Notes: a model not told the origin generated them from the sequence alone. DNA of 64,000 bases from an uncultured Gammaproteobacteria bacterium (GCA_964453605.1 CAYVOI010000001.1:166276-230275); one strand, 5' to 3'. Positions 46,664 through 56,653 are shown, counted from the stretch's first letter. A program made the numbers and translations.

Positions 46664-46801
46664 TGCGGGGCAAGCAAGTGCTTAGCACTTTGTAAAAATA
46701 TAAGCTTCATTGGCCACTAATCCTCAGTCTTCGCAACAATCTCTACCCCCTCATGTTCGTATCGCACGAGCGTGAGGGGTTTTCTTTTGCTAAAATTTCG
46801 C

Positions 46802-46807
46802 TATACT
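46802..46807 (+). promoter_or_regulatory. -10 box TATACT 15 nt before ftsK ATG
   Basis: cgcTATACTaaaggggtacacgctATG. Confidence 0.4.
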
Positions 46808-46822
46808 AAAGGGGTACACGCT

Positions 46823-49051
46823 ATGCTACGCCAGAACCAAGAAGAGAACGTAAGGCCCAAAAGTTCTAGCTCAGTCACTGGTTTGGAAACAGCCACTAAG
46901 CATGGTTTGGTAGTTGTTTTTTTGTTCGCCCTGGGGCTTATCACCGCCCTGGCGTTCTTTGGACTGGCTGGTGTGGCAGGTGAAACTATACGGCAGGCGC
47001 TTTTGTTCTTACTCGGTTGGGCCGCTTACGCTGTGCCACTGGCATTCTTGGTGTTGGCCTACTCGCTGCTTAGCCCAGGTCGCAGCTTCCGCTGGCTGCA
47101 CGTGGTTGGTCTTATCATCCTTACCCTGGGGGTTACCGGGTTGCTCCACTCTACGGTACCAGCTAAGGAGCAGTGGTCGGCGGTGCTAGCTGGGAGCGGC
47201 GGCGGCGCCTTAGGGTACATCAGCTTAACGCCGCTCATGAAGGTGTTGGGGGTCTACGGTGCGGCTGTGTTTTTAGTGGCGTTTGTAGTTGGCGGCATAC
47301 TCATACTCTTTGAAACTTCGCTCCAAGGTTTGGGTCAGGGGTTATCAAACGTGTTTGGTCAGGTACGTGGCAAGGTAAAGCTGCCAGAGGTTCACTTGCC
47401 TAAAACTCCAGAAGTACATGATGGTAGCGATGATAGGCCATCCGTGTTCAGTAAGGTGTTCAAGAGTCGGGTGGTGGAGGCGCCAACATCTCCTCCCACA
47501 CGTAAACCAGAGCAGCCACCGCTGTTAGAGCTTAAACCCTCGCCGCGACGCCCCGCGGTTCAGCTTTCGCTCGACCTTTTGGAAGACCGGGTAGGGAAGC
47601 CGACCTCGGGTGACATTCAGGCTAACCAGGAGAAAATACAAAAGACGCTACAGAACTTTGGTATTGAGGTAGAAATGAGCGGTGTCAACGTCGGGCCGAC
47701 CGTAACCCAGTACACTCTGGCTCCGGCTGAGGGCGTGAAGCTGTCGCAAATCACCAGCCTGTCGAACGACCTGGCCCTGGCTCTGGCGGCCCACCCCATT
47801 CGCATTGAGGCGCCTATTCCTGGAAAGTCGTTAGTTGGTATCGAGGTGCCTAACCAAGCCGTGGCCACGGTGGGCCTAAAAGAAATACTTGCGTCGGAGG
47901 CATTTAAGAAGCGTGCCTCAAACCTCACAGTTTCTATTGGTAAAGACGTGGCGGGTGGCGCGTTTGTGGCGGACATCGACCGCATGCCGCACTTGCTGAT
48001 TGCTGGCGCCACTGGCTCGGGTAAGTCGGTCTGTATAAATACCATCATCATCTCCCTGCTCTACACGAACTCGCCAGATGACTTGAAGCTCATTCTGGTG
48101 GACCCGAAGCGCGTGGAACTTACGCCCTACAACGAAATTCCGCATCTCTTAACCCCTGTTATCACCGATACCACCAAAACCATCAACGCGCTCAAGTGGG
48201 TGGTAGGCGAGATGGATAGGCGCTACCAGGTCCTAAACCAAGCTGCCAAGCGCAACCTGGCGAGCTATAACCAAGGCGCTGGGGAGAAGCTGCCGTACAT
48301 TGTGGTAGTAGTAGACGAGCTGGCAGATCTTATGGCGGTGGCGGCGGCGGACGTAGAAACGGCCATTATCCGCTTAGCGCAGATGGCCCGGGCAGTTGGT
48401 ATTCACCTGGTGGTCGCTACCCAGCGGCCCAGCGTGGACGTTATCACTGGGCTCATTAAGGCTAACATCACCTCCCGCATCGCTTTTGCCGTGGCCTCGG
48501 GCACTGACTCACGGACCATTTTGGATACCGCTGGCGCTGAAAAGCTCCTCGGGCGCGGTGACTGTTTGTTCGTATCAGCCGAGCTCAGTAAGCCCAAGCG
48601 CTTGCAGGGTGCCTTCATTAGCGACGCTGAAATTGAGCGGGTAACGGCGGCGCTGAAGCAAGACGCCCAGCCAGACTACAACCCTGAGGTAGTAGTGAAG
48701 CGCGGCGGTGGCAGCGCGGTTGTCGGGGGTAGTGATGATGACTCTGACGATGAGCTTTTGAACGAGGCCAAGGCCGAGGTAGTGAGGGCTGGTAAGGCGT
48801 CGGCCTCGCTCCTGCAGCGTAGGCTTAGGGTAGGCTACGCTCGGGCCGCCCGCCTGCTTGACCTCCTGGAGGAACGAGGCATTATTGGCCCCGGGGAAGG
48901 TGCTAAGCCACGCGATGTGTTAGTGAGCCGCCGTGATATTGAACAAGATTTTGCTACTATGCCTGACGAGACGGAGGTTGACGAGAGCTCAGAAACGGAG
49001 GATGATACAACGGTAGTTGAGGAAGCAGGAGAGCCTGAAGAAACCCTATGA
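46823..49051 (+). CDS. ftsK: DNA translocase FtsK/SpoIIIE
   Basis: Start at ATG 46823; N-terminal TM helices, linker, motor domain (LLIAGATGSGKSVCIN Walker A, DELADLM Walker B), C-terminal gamma winged helix. Confidence 0.9.
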   Translation: MLRQNQEENVRPKSSSSVTGLETATKHGLVVVFLFALGLITALAFFGLAGVAGETIRQALLFLLGWAAYAVPLAFLVLAYSLLSPGRSFRWLHVVGLIILTLGVTGLLHSTVPAKEQWSAVLAGSGGGALGYISLTPLMKVLGVYGAAVFLVAFVVGGILILFETSLQGLGQGLSNVFGQVRGKVKLPEVHLPKTPEVHDGSDDRPSVFSKVFKSRVVEAPTSPPTRKPEQPPLLELKPSPRRPAVQLSLDLLEDRVGKPTSGDIQANQEKIQKTLQNFGIEVEMSGVNVGPTVTQYTLAPAEGVKLSQITSLSNDLALALAAHPIRIEAPIPGKSLVGIEVPNQAVATVGLKEILASEAFKKRASNLTVSIGKDVAGGAFVADIDRMPHLLIAGATGSGKSVCINTIIISLLYTNSPDDLKLILVDPKRVELTPYNEIPHLLTPVITDTTKTINALKWVVGEMDRRYQVLNQAAKRNLASYNQGAGEKLPYIVVVVDELADLMAVAAADVETAIIRLAQMARAVGIHLVVATQRPSVDVITGLIKANITSRIAFAVASGTDSRTILDTAGAEKLLGRGDCLFVSAELSKPKRLQGAFISDAEIERVTAALKQDAQPDYNPEVVVKRGGGSAVVGGSDDDSDDELLNEAKAEVVRAGKASASLLQRRLRVGYARAARLLDLLEERGIIGPGEGAKPRDVLVSRRDIEQDFATMPDETEVDESSETEDDTTVVEEAGEPEETL

Positions 49052-49752
49052 CCCGTTTTTCTACCCATGAACTATCGCAACCCGCCTACGGTGGTGCTGC
49101 ACTAGCCGCTGCTAGGTCTGCACGTAGGCTAACCGTGGCTCAGGTGAGTCGGGTTTTGAAACTCAGACGCCAGCACATTGAGACCATGGAGGAGAGCCGC
49201 TGGTACGACCTGCCGTCAGGTAGCTACGGGCGCTACTTTATTCGTTCCTATGCTGAGTTTTTAGGTTTGGATCCGCAACCCCTTTTGGTGCACTACGGCG
49301 AGATAACTCAAACGTCTCCAACCCTGGCAGCCGTGCGCCCGGCGGTGGTAACTCAGAAACTAGACCGTCCCCTCACACACCCCTTGCGCCGTTTGCTCTT
49401 GGCTTCGGCTGTCGCGGGGTTACTTTTGTACTTGGGGCTGGCTGCTTGGCACACCTTTCTCCCACCTGAGCTCACCTTGGTGAGTCCGGCAGCTGATGCT
49501 GCTACCGCCAGTTCAAGCTTTACGGTGCGCGGCCTCACTCAGCCGGGGACTAAGGTAACCATAAACGGTGAAGCGGTTCAGGTTTCAGAACAGGGTGACT
49601 TTAGTACGCTACTGGCCTTGACACCCGGCCTCAATACCATTACCGTAGTAGCGCAGAAAGCTTACAGCCGGGCGAGCACGCTGCAGCGGCAGGTGTTCTT
49701 CACCCCAGCCCCGGTGGGCCTCGCACCTGCAGCCACACCCACCACACCCTAA
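49048..49752 (+). CDS. RodZ-like HTH (XRE-family) membrane protein
   Basis: LTVAQVSRVLKLRRQHIETMEE...YGRYFIRSYAEFLGLD (HTH_25-like), single TM, Pro/Ala-rich tail; ATGA overlap with ftsK. Confidence 0.6.
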   Translation: MTRFSTHELSQPAYGGAALAAARSARRLTVAQVSRVLKLRRQHIETMEESRWYDLPSGSYGRYFIRSYAEFLGLDPQPLLVHYGEITQTSPTLAAVRPAVVTQKLDRPLTHPLRRLLLASAVAGLLLYLGLAAWHTFLPPELTLVSPAADAATASSSFTVRGLTQPGTKVTINGEAVQVSEQGDFSTLLALTPGLNTITVVAQKAYSRASTLQRQVFFTPAPVGLAPAATPTTP

Positions 49753-49775
49753 GCTCGACGTAATTCCTCCATACT

Positions 49776-50822
49776 ATGCCACCAGTCAAACGAGACGACG
49801 GCAAAAAAGCACAGCCAGAGCTGAGCGGCCGCGAGAAAGCGGCCCAGCTCGCCATAGACCAGATTAAAGAGCGTTTTGGTGAGGGCGCCATTATGAAGCT
49901 GGGCGAGGCGCACGCCATGGCGGTGGAGGTGGTGTCTACCGGTTGCCTGAGCCTGGACCTGGCACTAGGGGTTGGCGGTATGCCGCGCGGTCGGGTGATA
50001 GAGGTGTACGGGCCCGAAGCTTCAGGTAAAACTACACTGACACTCCACGTGATTGCCGAGGTGCAGAAAATGGGTGGCCTGGCAGCCTTTGTGGACGCCG
50101 AGCACGCCCTAGACCCAGTCTACGCTAAAAAGATCGGGGTAAACATCGACGAGCTATTCATTTCTCAGCCCGACACCGGCGAGCAGGCGCTGGATATTGT
50201 AGACACTCTGGTGCGCTCGAACGGCATGGACGTTATCGTGGTGGACTCTGTGGCAGCCCTCACCCCCAAGGCAGAAATTGAGGGCGATATGGGTGACAGC
50301 CACATGGGCCTGCAAGCCAGGCTCATGAGCCAGGCTTTGCGCAAACTTACCGCTATAATCTCCAAGAGTAAAACAGTAGTTATATTCCTCAACCAAACCC
50401 GCATGAAGATTGGTGTGTTCTTCGGTAACCCGGAAACCACGACTGGCGGCATGGCTTTGAAGTTCTACTCTTCAGTACGCCTGGAAATCCGCCGCATTGG
50501 TCAGCTCAAGCAAGGTGAGCAGATGGTCGGAAACCGCGTGCGGGTAAAGGTAGTTAAGAACAAAGTCGCCCCGCCGTTCCAGGTAGCGGAGTTCGACATT
50601 ATGTACAACGAGGGCATTTCGCTCCCCGGTGATTTGCTTGACATTGGCACACTTCAGGAGGTGGTCAAGAAAACCGGCAATACCTACGCTTTTGGTGAAA
50701 CTAAGCTCGGCGTGGGGCGGGAGGCCGCCAAGCAGTTCGTGCGTGAGAACCCGAAAGTGGCTAAGGAGATTAGGGAAGCAGTGGTAGAGAAGGTTAAACT
50801 ACAGCGCGCAGCAGAGAAATAG
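49776..50822 (+). CDS. recA: recombinase RecA
   Basis: [24 protein letters not shown], full-length conservation. Confidence 0.97.
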   Translation: MPPVKRDDGKKAQPELSGREKAAQLAIDQIKERFGEGAIMKLGEAHAMAVEVVSTGCLSLDLALGVGGMPRGRVIEVYGPEASGKTTLTLHVIAEVQKMGGLAAFVDAEHALDPVYAKKIGVNIDELFISQPDTGEQALDIVDTLVRSNGMDVIVVDSVAALTPKAEIEGDMGDSHMGLQARLMSQALRKLTAIISKSKTVVIFLNQTRMKIGVFFGNPETTTGGMALKFYSSVRLEIRRIGQLKQGEQMVGNRVRVKVVKNKVAPPFQVAEFDIMYNEGISLPGDLLDIGTLQEVVKKTGNTYAFGETKLGVGREAAKQFVRENPKVAKEIREAVVEKVKLQRAAEK

Positions 50823-50833
50823 TATACCTTTCG

Positions 50834-50857
50834 AAAAGCCCCATTCAGGGGCTTTTT
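50834..50857 (+). terminator. rho-independent terminator after recA
   Basis: AAAAGCCCC-attca-GGGGCTTTTT. Confidence 0.8.
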
Positions 50858-50890
50858 AGGTTTACCAGTCGGTACTATACTTTTAAGCGT

Positions 50891-51667
50891 ATGCTGCCTG
50901 TGTATATTAGGCGTTTCTTGGTTGACCCGCGGCGGCGGGTGGCGCTGAGTTTAACGCTGGTCTGGCTCATAGCCGCCTGGCACTACGGCTTTGGGCAGTT
51001 TTTGTGGTGGCCGGCAGTTTGTGCTGTGGTAGCAGAAGCTACCGAGGTGTTGTGGCACGCCTTGTTCCAGCGGCGTTTTATTTTTAACTACTCGGCGCTA
51101 GTCACCGGGCTTCTCATTGGGCTTTTGGTGTACCCGGGGGCCTATGTTTTGGCTGTGGCGCTGCCGGTGGCAGCGATCATTTTAAAACGGTTATTGTACC
51201 CGAAAGAGCGGCCCATGTTTAACCCTGCCGCCTTAGCAATAGTCCTGGCGGCTCTGCTCCTTAATGTGCCCACCTCGTGGTGGGGCGTGGCTTGGAGCCC
51301 ATGGTTGGGCCTGGCACTAGCCTTGAGTGTGCTAGATGTACTGTGGAAGCTGAAGCTGTGGATGGTACCGTTTACGTTCCTGGTAGGTTACGCCGCCTAC
51401 CTCAGCCAATCAGGTGGGCTGGCTGGTGCCTGGCCGCTGCTCTTTGATGGTACCGTGCTGACGTTTGCTTTTGTGATGCTGCCTGAGCCAAGGAGCGGGG
51501 TGCAGGGCTTGCCACTGATTGGCAAGCTGACGTTTCCTGTGGTTGTGCTCGGCAGTATAGTTTTGTTAGCTCGCTGGCCTGCCCCTTCACTCGACCCGCT
51601 ACTTACTGCCTTGCTCATAACGTCGCTACTTTTTTCGTTGCGCCGCTTAGCATCAAAAACTCATTGA
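50891..51667 (+). CDS. polytopic membrane protein, unknown function
   Basis: 7-8 hydrophobic helices; TATACT -10 at 50876..50881. Confidence 0.5.
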   Translation: MLPVYIRRFLVDPRRRVALSLTLVWLIAAWHYGFGQFLWWPAVCAVVAEATEVLWHALFQRRFIFNYSALVTGLLIGLLVYPGAYVLAVALPVAAIILKRLLYPKERPMFNPAALAIVLAALLLNVPTSWWGVAWSPWLGLALALSVLDVLWKLKLWMVPFTFLVGYAAYLSQSGGLAGAWPLLFDGTVLTFAFVMLPEPRSGVQGLPLIGKLTFPVVVLGSIVLLARWPAPSLDPLLTALLITSLLFSLRRLASKTH

Positions 51668-51725
51668 GATAAAAATAAACAGAGCTTGGTAGAGCCAGCT
51701 CTGTTTGCAAAACGACGAAGGGAGT

Positions 51726-52520
51726 TCAGCATAGTGTGACTCCGTCACCTACGTGGATCACACCTACGGATAGGTGGTTCATATTTCGGCCAAAGAGCAC
51801 TGTGTTTCCGAGCCCGCGGTAGGTGCTTAAGGTAGCGAGAGGTTCAGCACCTTTTTCGCTGGTGGCTTGGTTTATGGTGGTAGTAACACACCGCTGGCAC
51901 CCGGTGGTGCCGATGAACCCTACACCGTTAACCACGATTTCGCCCCACCGGTCTTCAGCATAAGGTTCTGAGCCAGTGACCACTATATTCGGCCGAAACC
52001 TGTTCATGGGCAGCGGTTGCTCATTTTTCTCCCGCAGACGGCGGTTCAGGTCTTCGAGCGAGGCTTCACCGAGGAGCATAAAGGAGTAGGCGTCGGCGTA
52101 CGCCACCCTGACGACAGCAGATTTTGCCGGGCGAATAGTGTCCCTCGGCATGCGTACCAGTCGGCAGCGGCGGCCGAGGAACTCACTGAGCCATACAGCC
52201 ACCTCTTTGCCCTGGTATACGCCTACCGTGGTGTCCTCGTGTACGGTAACAGCTAGGCCCTTGCCGCCTCGTCGTTCGAGTGGAACGTCGATATTGGGCA
52301 TGGTGGGGGCAGAGAGCTTGAGCACCTCAGCGGTAATAGCGGTATGGATCAGGCAGAGCCCGGGGACTTCGCGCTGGCTCAAGAACCTGCCAGCTTCATT
52401 GATTACCATCCACTCTCGGTCATACTGTAAGCCACGCTCAGCTACCACCGCTCGCCGTTGTGAAATCCCTTGGCATGATTTCACTGGGTAGGTGTTAATT
52501 TGCGTAACAGTTACGTTCAT
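51726..52520 (-). CDS. MOSC (MoCo sulfurase C-terminal) domain protein
   Basis: MNVTVTQINTYPVKSCQGI... MOSC_N beta-barrel plus MOSC domain with conserved Cys (GTTGCQRC). Confidence 0.75.
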   Translation of the reverse strand: MNVTVTQINTYPVKSCQGISQRRAVVAERGLQYDREWMVINEAGRFLSQREVPGLCLIHTAITAEVLKLSAPTMPNIDVPLERRGGKGLAVTVHEDTTVGVYQGKEVAVWLSEFLGRRCRLVRMPRDTIRPAKSAVVRVAYADAYSFMLLGEASLEDLNRRLREKNEQPLPMNRFRPNIVVTGSEPYAEDRWGEIVVNGVGFIGTTGCQRCVTTTINQATSEKGAEPLATLSTYRGLGNTVLFGRNMNHLSVGVIHVGDGVTLC

Positions 52521-52642
52521 GGTTTATTCTCCTTTGGTTTTGATTTTTCTTTTTGGTATTGAGAGCTCATCTTAGCCTCAGGCAATTATTTTGTCAAACA
52601 AAAACTGCCCACGCTGGGTAGGCAGTGCGCTGGGAATTGAGC

Positions 52643-53209
52643 TTAGGCTCGCTCTACGTAGGTACTGGTTTCAGTGTTCACCACCACGAGTTCGCCCTCT
52701 TTTATGAACAGGGGAACGTTTACGGTGAGGCCAGTTTCGAGCTTAGCCTGCTTGGTGCCGCCGGTAGCAGTGTCGCCCCTGACCCCAGGCGGGGTCTCCA
52801 CTACCTTGAGCGTAACTTTCTTAGGTAGCTCCACGGTAATGGGGGAGCCGTTGAAGTTCAGAATGTTGACCTCTAAACCCTCTTTCAGGAACTTAAGCTG
52901 GTCGCCCAAGGTCTCTTTGGAAAAGTCGAATTGCTCAAAACTCTCCTGGTTCATGAAGTGGCAGTGGGTGTCATCGGCGTAGAGGAAGCTAGCCTTAGTG
53001 CGCGACATGTCGGCCTCCTCCACCTTGTCGCCGGGTTTAAAACTCTGTTCTAGCACGCGGCCGGTAAAGAGGTGCCTGAGTTTGGTGCGCATCACCGGCT
53101 TGCGCTGGGCGGTGCGCATGAACGAAGCCTCCAAAACCTGGTAGGGTTCTTCGTTCACCAGAATGTTGAGGCCAACTTTAATGGAGTTGAGGGAAGGGAG
53201 TACTGACAT
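52643..53209 (-). CDS. efp: elongation factor P
   Basis: Start at ATG 53209 (MSVLPSLNSIKVG...; track start 53218 is TTG); KPGKG-like loop region and full-length EF-P similarity. Confidence 0.9.
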   Translation of the reverse strand: MSVLPSLNSIKVGLNILVNEEPYQVLEASFMRTAQRKPVMRTKLRHLFTGRVLEQSFKPGDKVEEADMSRTKASFLYADDTHCHFMNQESFEQFDFSKETLGDQLKFLKEGLEVNILNFNGSPITVELPKKVTLKVVETPPGVRGDTATGGTKQAKLETGLTVNVPLFIKEGELVVVNTETSTYVERA

Positions 53210-53297
53210 AGGTAGCAAATAACAACTAGCGAATGGCCAATAGTATTTAGATTCAGGCAGAGTTTAGGAACCAGCCACTCGGAACCGGGAACTAATA

Positions 53298-53543
53298 TTA
53301 CTTCATGACGAATGGTACCAAGGCCATGGTGCGGGCGCGTTTGACCGCCAGGGCAAACTTGCGCATGTGCTTGAGGCAGGTGCCGGTACGGCGGCGGGGT
53401 AGCAATTTGCCGTGGCTGGAGGTGAACTTCTGTAAAATGCGGGTGTCTTTATAATCAATATCGTTCAAACCATTGACGCAGAAGTAGCAGACGCGGACTT
53501 TAGGCGCTACCGTGGTAACTTGTTTGCGGTGGTTACTTGGCAT
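53298..53543 (-). CDS. rpsR: 30S ribosomal protein S18
   Basis: ...YKDTRILQKFTSSHGKLLPRRRTGTCLKHMRKFALAVKRAR... Confidence 0.9.
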   Translation of the reverse strand: MPSNHRKQVTTVAPKVRVCYFCVNGLNDIDYKDTRILQKFTSSHGKLLPRRRTGTCLKHMRKFALAVKRARTMALVPFVMK

Positions 53544-53561
53544 GGGTGGGTACTTAGGTGC

Positions 53562-53993
53562 TTAAAACGGAATGTCTTCCACGTTTACTGTTGGTTCTTC
53601 GGCTGAGGCTGGTGCAGCAGCCGGTTCGGGCATGCTCTGCGGCTCCTGAGTTTGCGGCCCGCCGTTGGCGCGGTCGAGCATGATGAAGTTTTCTGCCACT
53701 ACCTCGGTGCGCCAGTGCTTTGTTCCTTGGGCGTCGTCCCAGCTGCGGGTTTGGAGCCTGCCCTCCACATAGATTTTCATACCGCGCCGTAGGTACTGGC
53801 CAGCGATATCCGCTAAGCGGCGCCAGGCCACGACGTTGTGGAACTCGGCTTTCTCTTGCCGTTCGCCAGCGGGGTTGGTCCAGCGCATGTTGGTGGCAAT
53901 AGAGAACGTGGCCACGTTAGCGCCCTGGGTGGTGGTGCGCACCTCCGGATCGCGCGTTAAGTTGCCGATGAGCATTACCTTGTTGAGGTCCAT
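53562..53993 (-). CDS. ssb: single-stranded DNA-binding protein
   Basis: MDLNKVMLIGNLTRDPEVRTTTQGANVATFSIATN...; acidic C-terminal tail EDIPF. Confidence 0.9.
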   Translation of the reverse strand: MDLNKVMLIGNLTRDPEVRTTTQGANVATFSIATNMRWTNPAGERQEKAEFHNVVAWRRLADIAGQYLRRGMKIYVEGRLQTRSWDDAQGTKHWRTEVVAENFIMLDRANGGPQTQEPQSMPEPAAAPASAEEPTVNVEDIPF

Positions 53994-54015
53994 AGGGGTA
54001 GTAGTTAAGGTTACG

Positions 54016-54495
54016 TTACTTAACTTCTTCTTCCAAAATTTGTTCCAGCTTTTTGTCGAGCTCTTCCAAGTTTACCTTGGGTTGCTCCTCGGCGGCTGGC
54101 GCAGCCGGAGCTAAGGCGGCCACCTTAGTCGCTTCCTCAGCCTTAGCGTGGAGCCGGGCGAGCTTGGCTTGTAGTGCCCGTTCGCGCTCTAGCTGCTCGG
54201 GTGACTTGACCTTCTTATCTACTATCATAGCCCTGAGTACGTCAGGCGACAGGCGGAACCAATCGTTAATCTGTTTTACCTTGTCAGTCGGCAGGTCGCA
54301 CTCCAGCACCACATAGTGGCCATGGCGTACGTGGTTTATAGGGTAGGCCAGCTTGCGTTTGCCCAACGAGTCCTCGTGGGTAATCTTGGCGCCGGCCGCG
54401 GTCAAGGTGGCGCGTACCTTGTCCTGCACTGCCCCGGGCTCATCGCCAGTTGCCTTCAGCGGGACAATGTACATGATTTCGTAGTGGTTTGTCAT
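54016..54495 (-). CDS. rpsF: 30S ribosomal protein S6 with C-terminal Ala/Glu-rich extension
   Basis: Start at internal ATG (MTNHYEIMYIVPLKATGDEPGAVQDKV...). Confidence 0.9.
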   Translation of the reverse strand: MTNHYEIMYIVPLKATGDEPGAVQDKVRATLTAAGAKITHEDSLGKRKLAYPINHVRHGHYVVLECDLPTDKVKQINDWFRLSPDVLRAMIVDKKVKSPEQLERERALQAKLARLHAKAEEATKVAALAPAAPAAEEQPKVNLEELDKKLEQILEEEVK

Positions 54496-54640
54496 AAAGG
54501 TGGTCTGACTAACAAAAAAACGCTTGAAGTTAAGAGGTTGGCCCTCACCTGTACGTCGCGCCCGTAAGGGCGGACCGGTGAGGCCCCGTGGTCCCGCAGT
54601 GCGGGATTTTACGGGGGTGGAGCGCTCAAAAAGCGCTAGC
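54496..54640 (-). promoter_or_regulatory. structured 5' leader of rpsF-ssb-rpsR operon (candidate S6:S18 autoregulatory leader)
   Basis: ~145 nt with nested hairpins (GCGCTttttgaGCGC, CCCGCActgCGGG, long-range CCTCACC...GGTGAGG) between promoter and rpsF ATG. Confidence 0.45.
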
Positions 54641-54647
54641 GGGGGGA

Positions 54648-54676
54648 AGCTTACCACAGGCCTAAAGCATTGGCAA
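54648..54676 (-). promoter_or_regulatory. promoter TTGCCA-17-TGgTAAGCT for rpsF operon (minus strand)
   Basis: minus read cTTGCCAatgctttaggcctgTGGTAAGCTtcc. Confidence 0.5.
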
Positions 54677-54699
54677 GCCCCTAACGTACAGCGCTAGCA

Positions 54700-54708
54700 T
54701 GGTATACT
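54700..54708 (+). promoter_or_regulatory. extended -10 TGGTATACT 10 nt before methyltransferase ATG, divergent from rpsF promoter
   Basis: caTGGTATACTggggctacctATG. Confidence 0.5.
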
Positions 54709-54718
54709 GGGGCTACCT

Positions 54719-55915
54719 ATGCCAACCTACGTAGCCATGCTAGGGCGAGAGCCAGAACTTAGCGTGGCTGAAGTTGTGGCACTCGCCACGCGTCTTGGCC
54801 TGAAGCTCACCTGGGCTGACCTGAACCAGCGCTACGCTGTGTTTGAGGTTGACTGCGAAGCTGCTGAGCTCAAGCCATTAGCTGGTTTGGTTAAGCTTGC
54901 TCAGGTAGTAAGCACTGTTCCGAGCACAAAAGAAGCTCTGTTCGCCCTGGCGCACGATACGTTAACGGAGAGCGGCTACGACCAGTGGCACTTTGGGTTT
55001 AGCTGGTACGGCCAGCCCCCCCGTTGGTTAACTGCTGTTGGTATGGAGCTGAAGCGTGCGGCCAAGGAAGGTGGTCGGCGTGCACGTTTGGTTGTGGCAC
55101 GAGGGGCGGAGCTTTCCTCCGTTGTGGTAGCAAAGAACAAGCTGTTGCCGCCTAAGGGTTGCGAGTTTGTTGTTTTTCCCAAGGAGTCAGAGGAACTTTT
55201 GGTAGCCAGGACACTTTGGGTGCAAGAGTTTGAAGCCTGGGGCGAGCGCGACTACGGCCGGCCAGAGCGTGATGCTAAAGTTGGCATGCTGCCACCAAAG
55301 CTGGCGCACATGATGGTGAACTTAGCTCAAGTTCCAACCGAGGGGAAAATACTCGACCCATTTTGTGGGTCAGGCACCGTGCTGCAAGAGGCGGCGGTGT
55401 TGGGGTATCAGAATTTAATTGGTACCGATAGCGACGCCCGGGGTGTCGAGCGCACGCGAGCGAATTTTGCCTGGCTCAAACAGCACTATTCAAACATAGC
55501 CGAGCCCGAGCTTGCGGTGTCTGACATTCGCAAACTCCTCTCCACCCTTCAGAACAGACAGTTTGATGCCATTATTACCGAACCTTACCTTGGGCCACCG
55601 CTTCGGGGTAAGGAACAGCAAGGTGAGCTTCGGAAAGTAGCGCAAGAGCTCACCGAGTTCTACAGTGCAGTGCTTAAAGTGCTGGCGCAAGCGTTGCGTG
55701 CCGGCGGTCGCCTGGTTATGGTGTGGCCGGTGGTCCGAGGGAGGGGCGAAGAGCACCTGCTTGCTTTGGTGACTCACGCTCACGACCTAGGCCTTAAGGT
55801 GCAGAACCTGCTGCCCGATAGCGCCCCCCACACCTGGCATCGCAAACGCGGCTCGCTGCTCTACGAGCGGCCGGACCAACACGTGGCCCGGGAGATTTTC
55901 GTTTTCGGCAAGTAG
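54719..55915 (+). CDS. THUMP/TRM11-like SAM-dependent RNA methyltransferase
   Basis: KILDPFCGSGTVLQEAAVLGY (motif I), IITEPYLGPP (NPPY-like motif IV) typical of N2-G/N6-A RNA MTases. Confidence 0.65.
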   Translation: MPTYVAMLGREPELSVAEVVALATRLGLKLTWADLNQRYAVFEVDCEAAELKPLAGLVKLAQVVSTVPSTKEALFALAHDTLTESGYDQWHFGFSWYGQPPRWLTAVGMELKRAAKEGGRRARLVVARGAELSSVVVAKNKLLPPKGCEFVVFPKESEELLVARTLWVQEFEAWGERDYGRPERDAKVGMLPPKLAHMMVNLAQVPTEGKILDPFCGSGTVLQEAAVLGYQNLIGTDSDARGVERTRANFAWLKQHYSNIAEPELAVSDIRKLLSTLQNRQFDAIITEPYLGPPLRGKEQQGELRKVAQELTEFYSAVLKVLAQALRAGGRLVMVWPVVRGRGEEHLLALVTHAHDLGLKVQNLLPDSAPHTWHRKRGSLLYERPDQHVAREIFVFGK

Positions 55916-55986
55916 TAGTTTGCATCATTTTGTTATGTGGACATCGTAGATAGTGCCAATAAGATGCCACGTCTATTTTATAAGGA

Positions 55987-56020
55987 TAAAAAATAGAGCC
56001 GACAACGAATTGTCGGCTCT
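55987..56020 (-). terminator. terminator hairpin downstream of minus-strand 122-aa gene
   Basis: AGAGCCGACAA-cgaa-TTGTCGGCTCT; T-run on minus strand. Confidence 0.6.
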
Positions 56021-56034
56021 TGGATTGTCTAAAC

Positions 56035-56403
56035 CTACCATCTTCTTTCGATATAGACCGAGCCGCTGCGCCTGTGCGTGTTCACCTCAATATAGGCTTT
56101 GAGCTGCAGCTCAGGCATTCTCTCAGGAGATACTGTGGCCTCGATCTCGAAGTTGTCCTTGTTGATTTTTGAGCTGTGTATATCTTTAAGTATCACCACC
56201 CGACCCTTGCCGAGACCCATTTGTTGGTGACGGATGGCCTCTTCACCAGTGACGTATTGGGGCTCTATGGTAAACCACACCCGTTCTTGGATCAGTATTT
56301 GGGGGTACCCAGAGGCGATGAGAAGTTCCATTTTTGATGGGCCACTAATTGTCCAAAAACAGAAATGGGTCTTCAGCAGTTCCTCGTGCTTCGTAGTTGC
56401 CAT
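56035..56403 (-). CDS. hypothetical protein (122 aa)
   Basis: Start at ATG 56403 with SD AGAGGGG 8 nt upstream; dedicated terminator; no recognised domain. Confidence 0.45.
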   Translation of the reverse strand: MATTKHEELLKTHFCFWTISGPSKMELLIASGYPQILIQERVWFTIEPQYVTGEEAIRHQQMGLGKGRVVILKDIHSSKINKDNFEIEATVSPERMPELQLKAYIEVNTHRRSGSVYIERRW

Positions 56404-56621
56404 GACGACAACCCCTCTCTTTGGTTTACAGCGCTTTGGGGGCGCTTTCCCCGTTATCCGCCCGGGGCGGACCACCTAACCATAACGGCTAGGAATTCAT
56501 TAACCAATGTTTTTGGTTAACACTTATTTGTATACCAAATCGCTAATGCTGTCAAGCCCTAAACACTAAACCTAAAGTGGCAGCTATCGTTAGGTAGTGT
56601 TGCTTGTTGTTTTTATAGACT

Positions 56622-56653
56622 GGGTTTTTATGTCCAGCTGGACATAAAAACCC
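56622..56653. repeat. perfect 32-bp palindrome (16-bp arms) in AT-rich intergenic region
   Basis: GGGTTTTTATGTCCAG|CTGGACATAAAAACCC. Confidence 0.9.
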
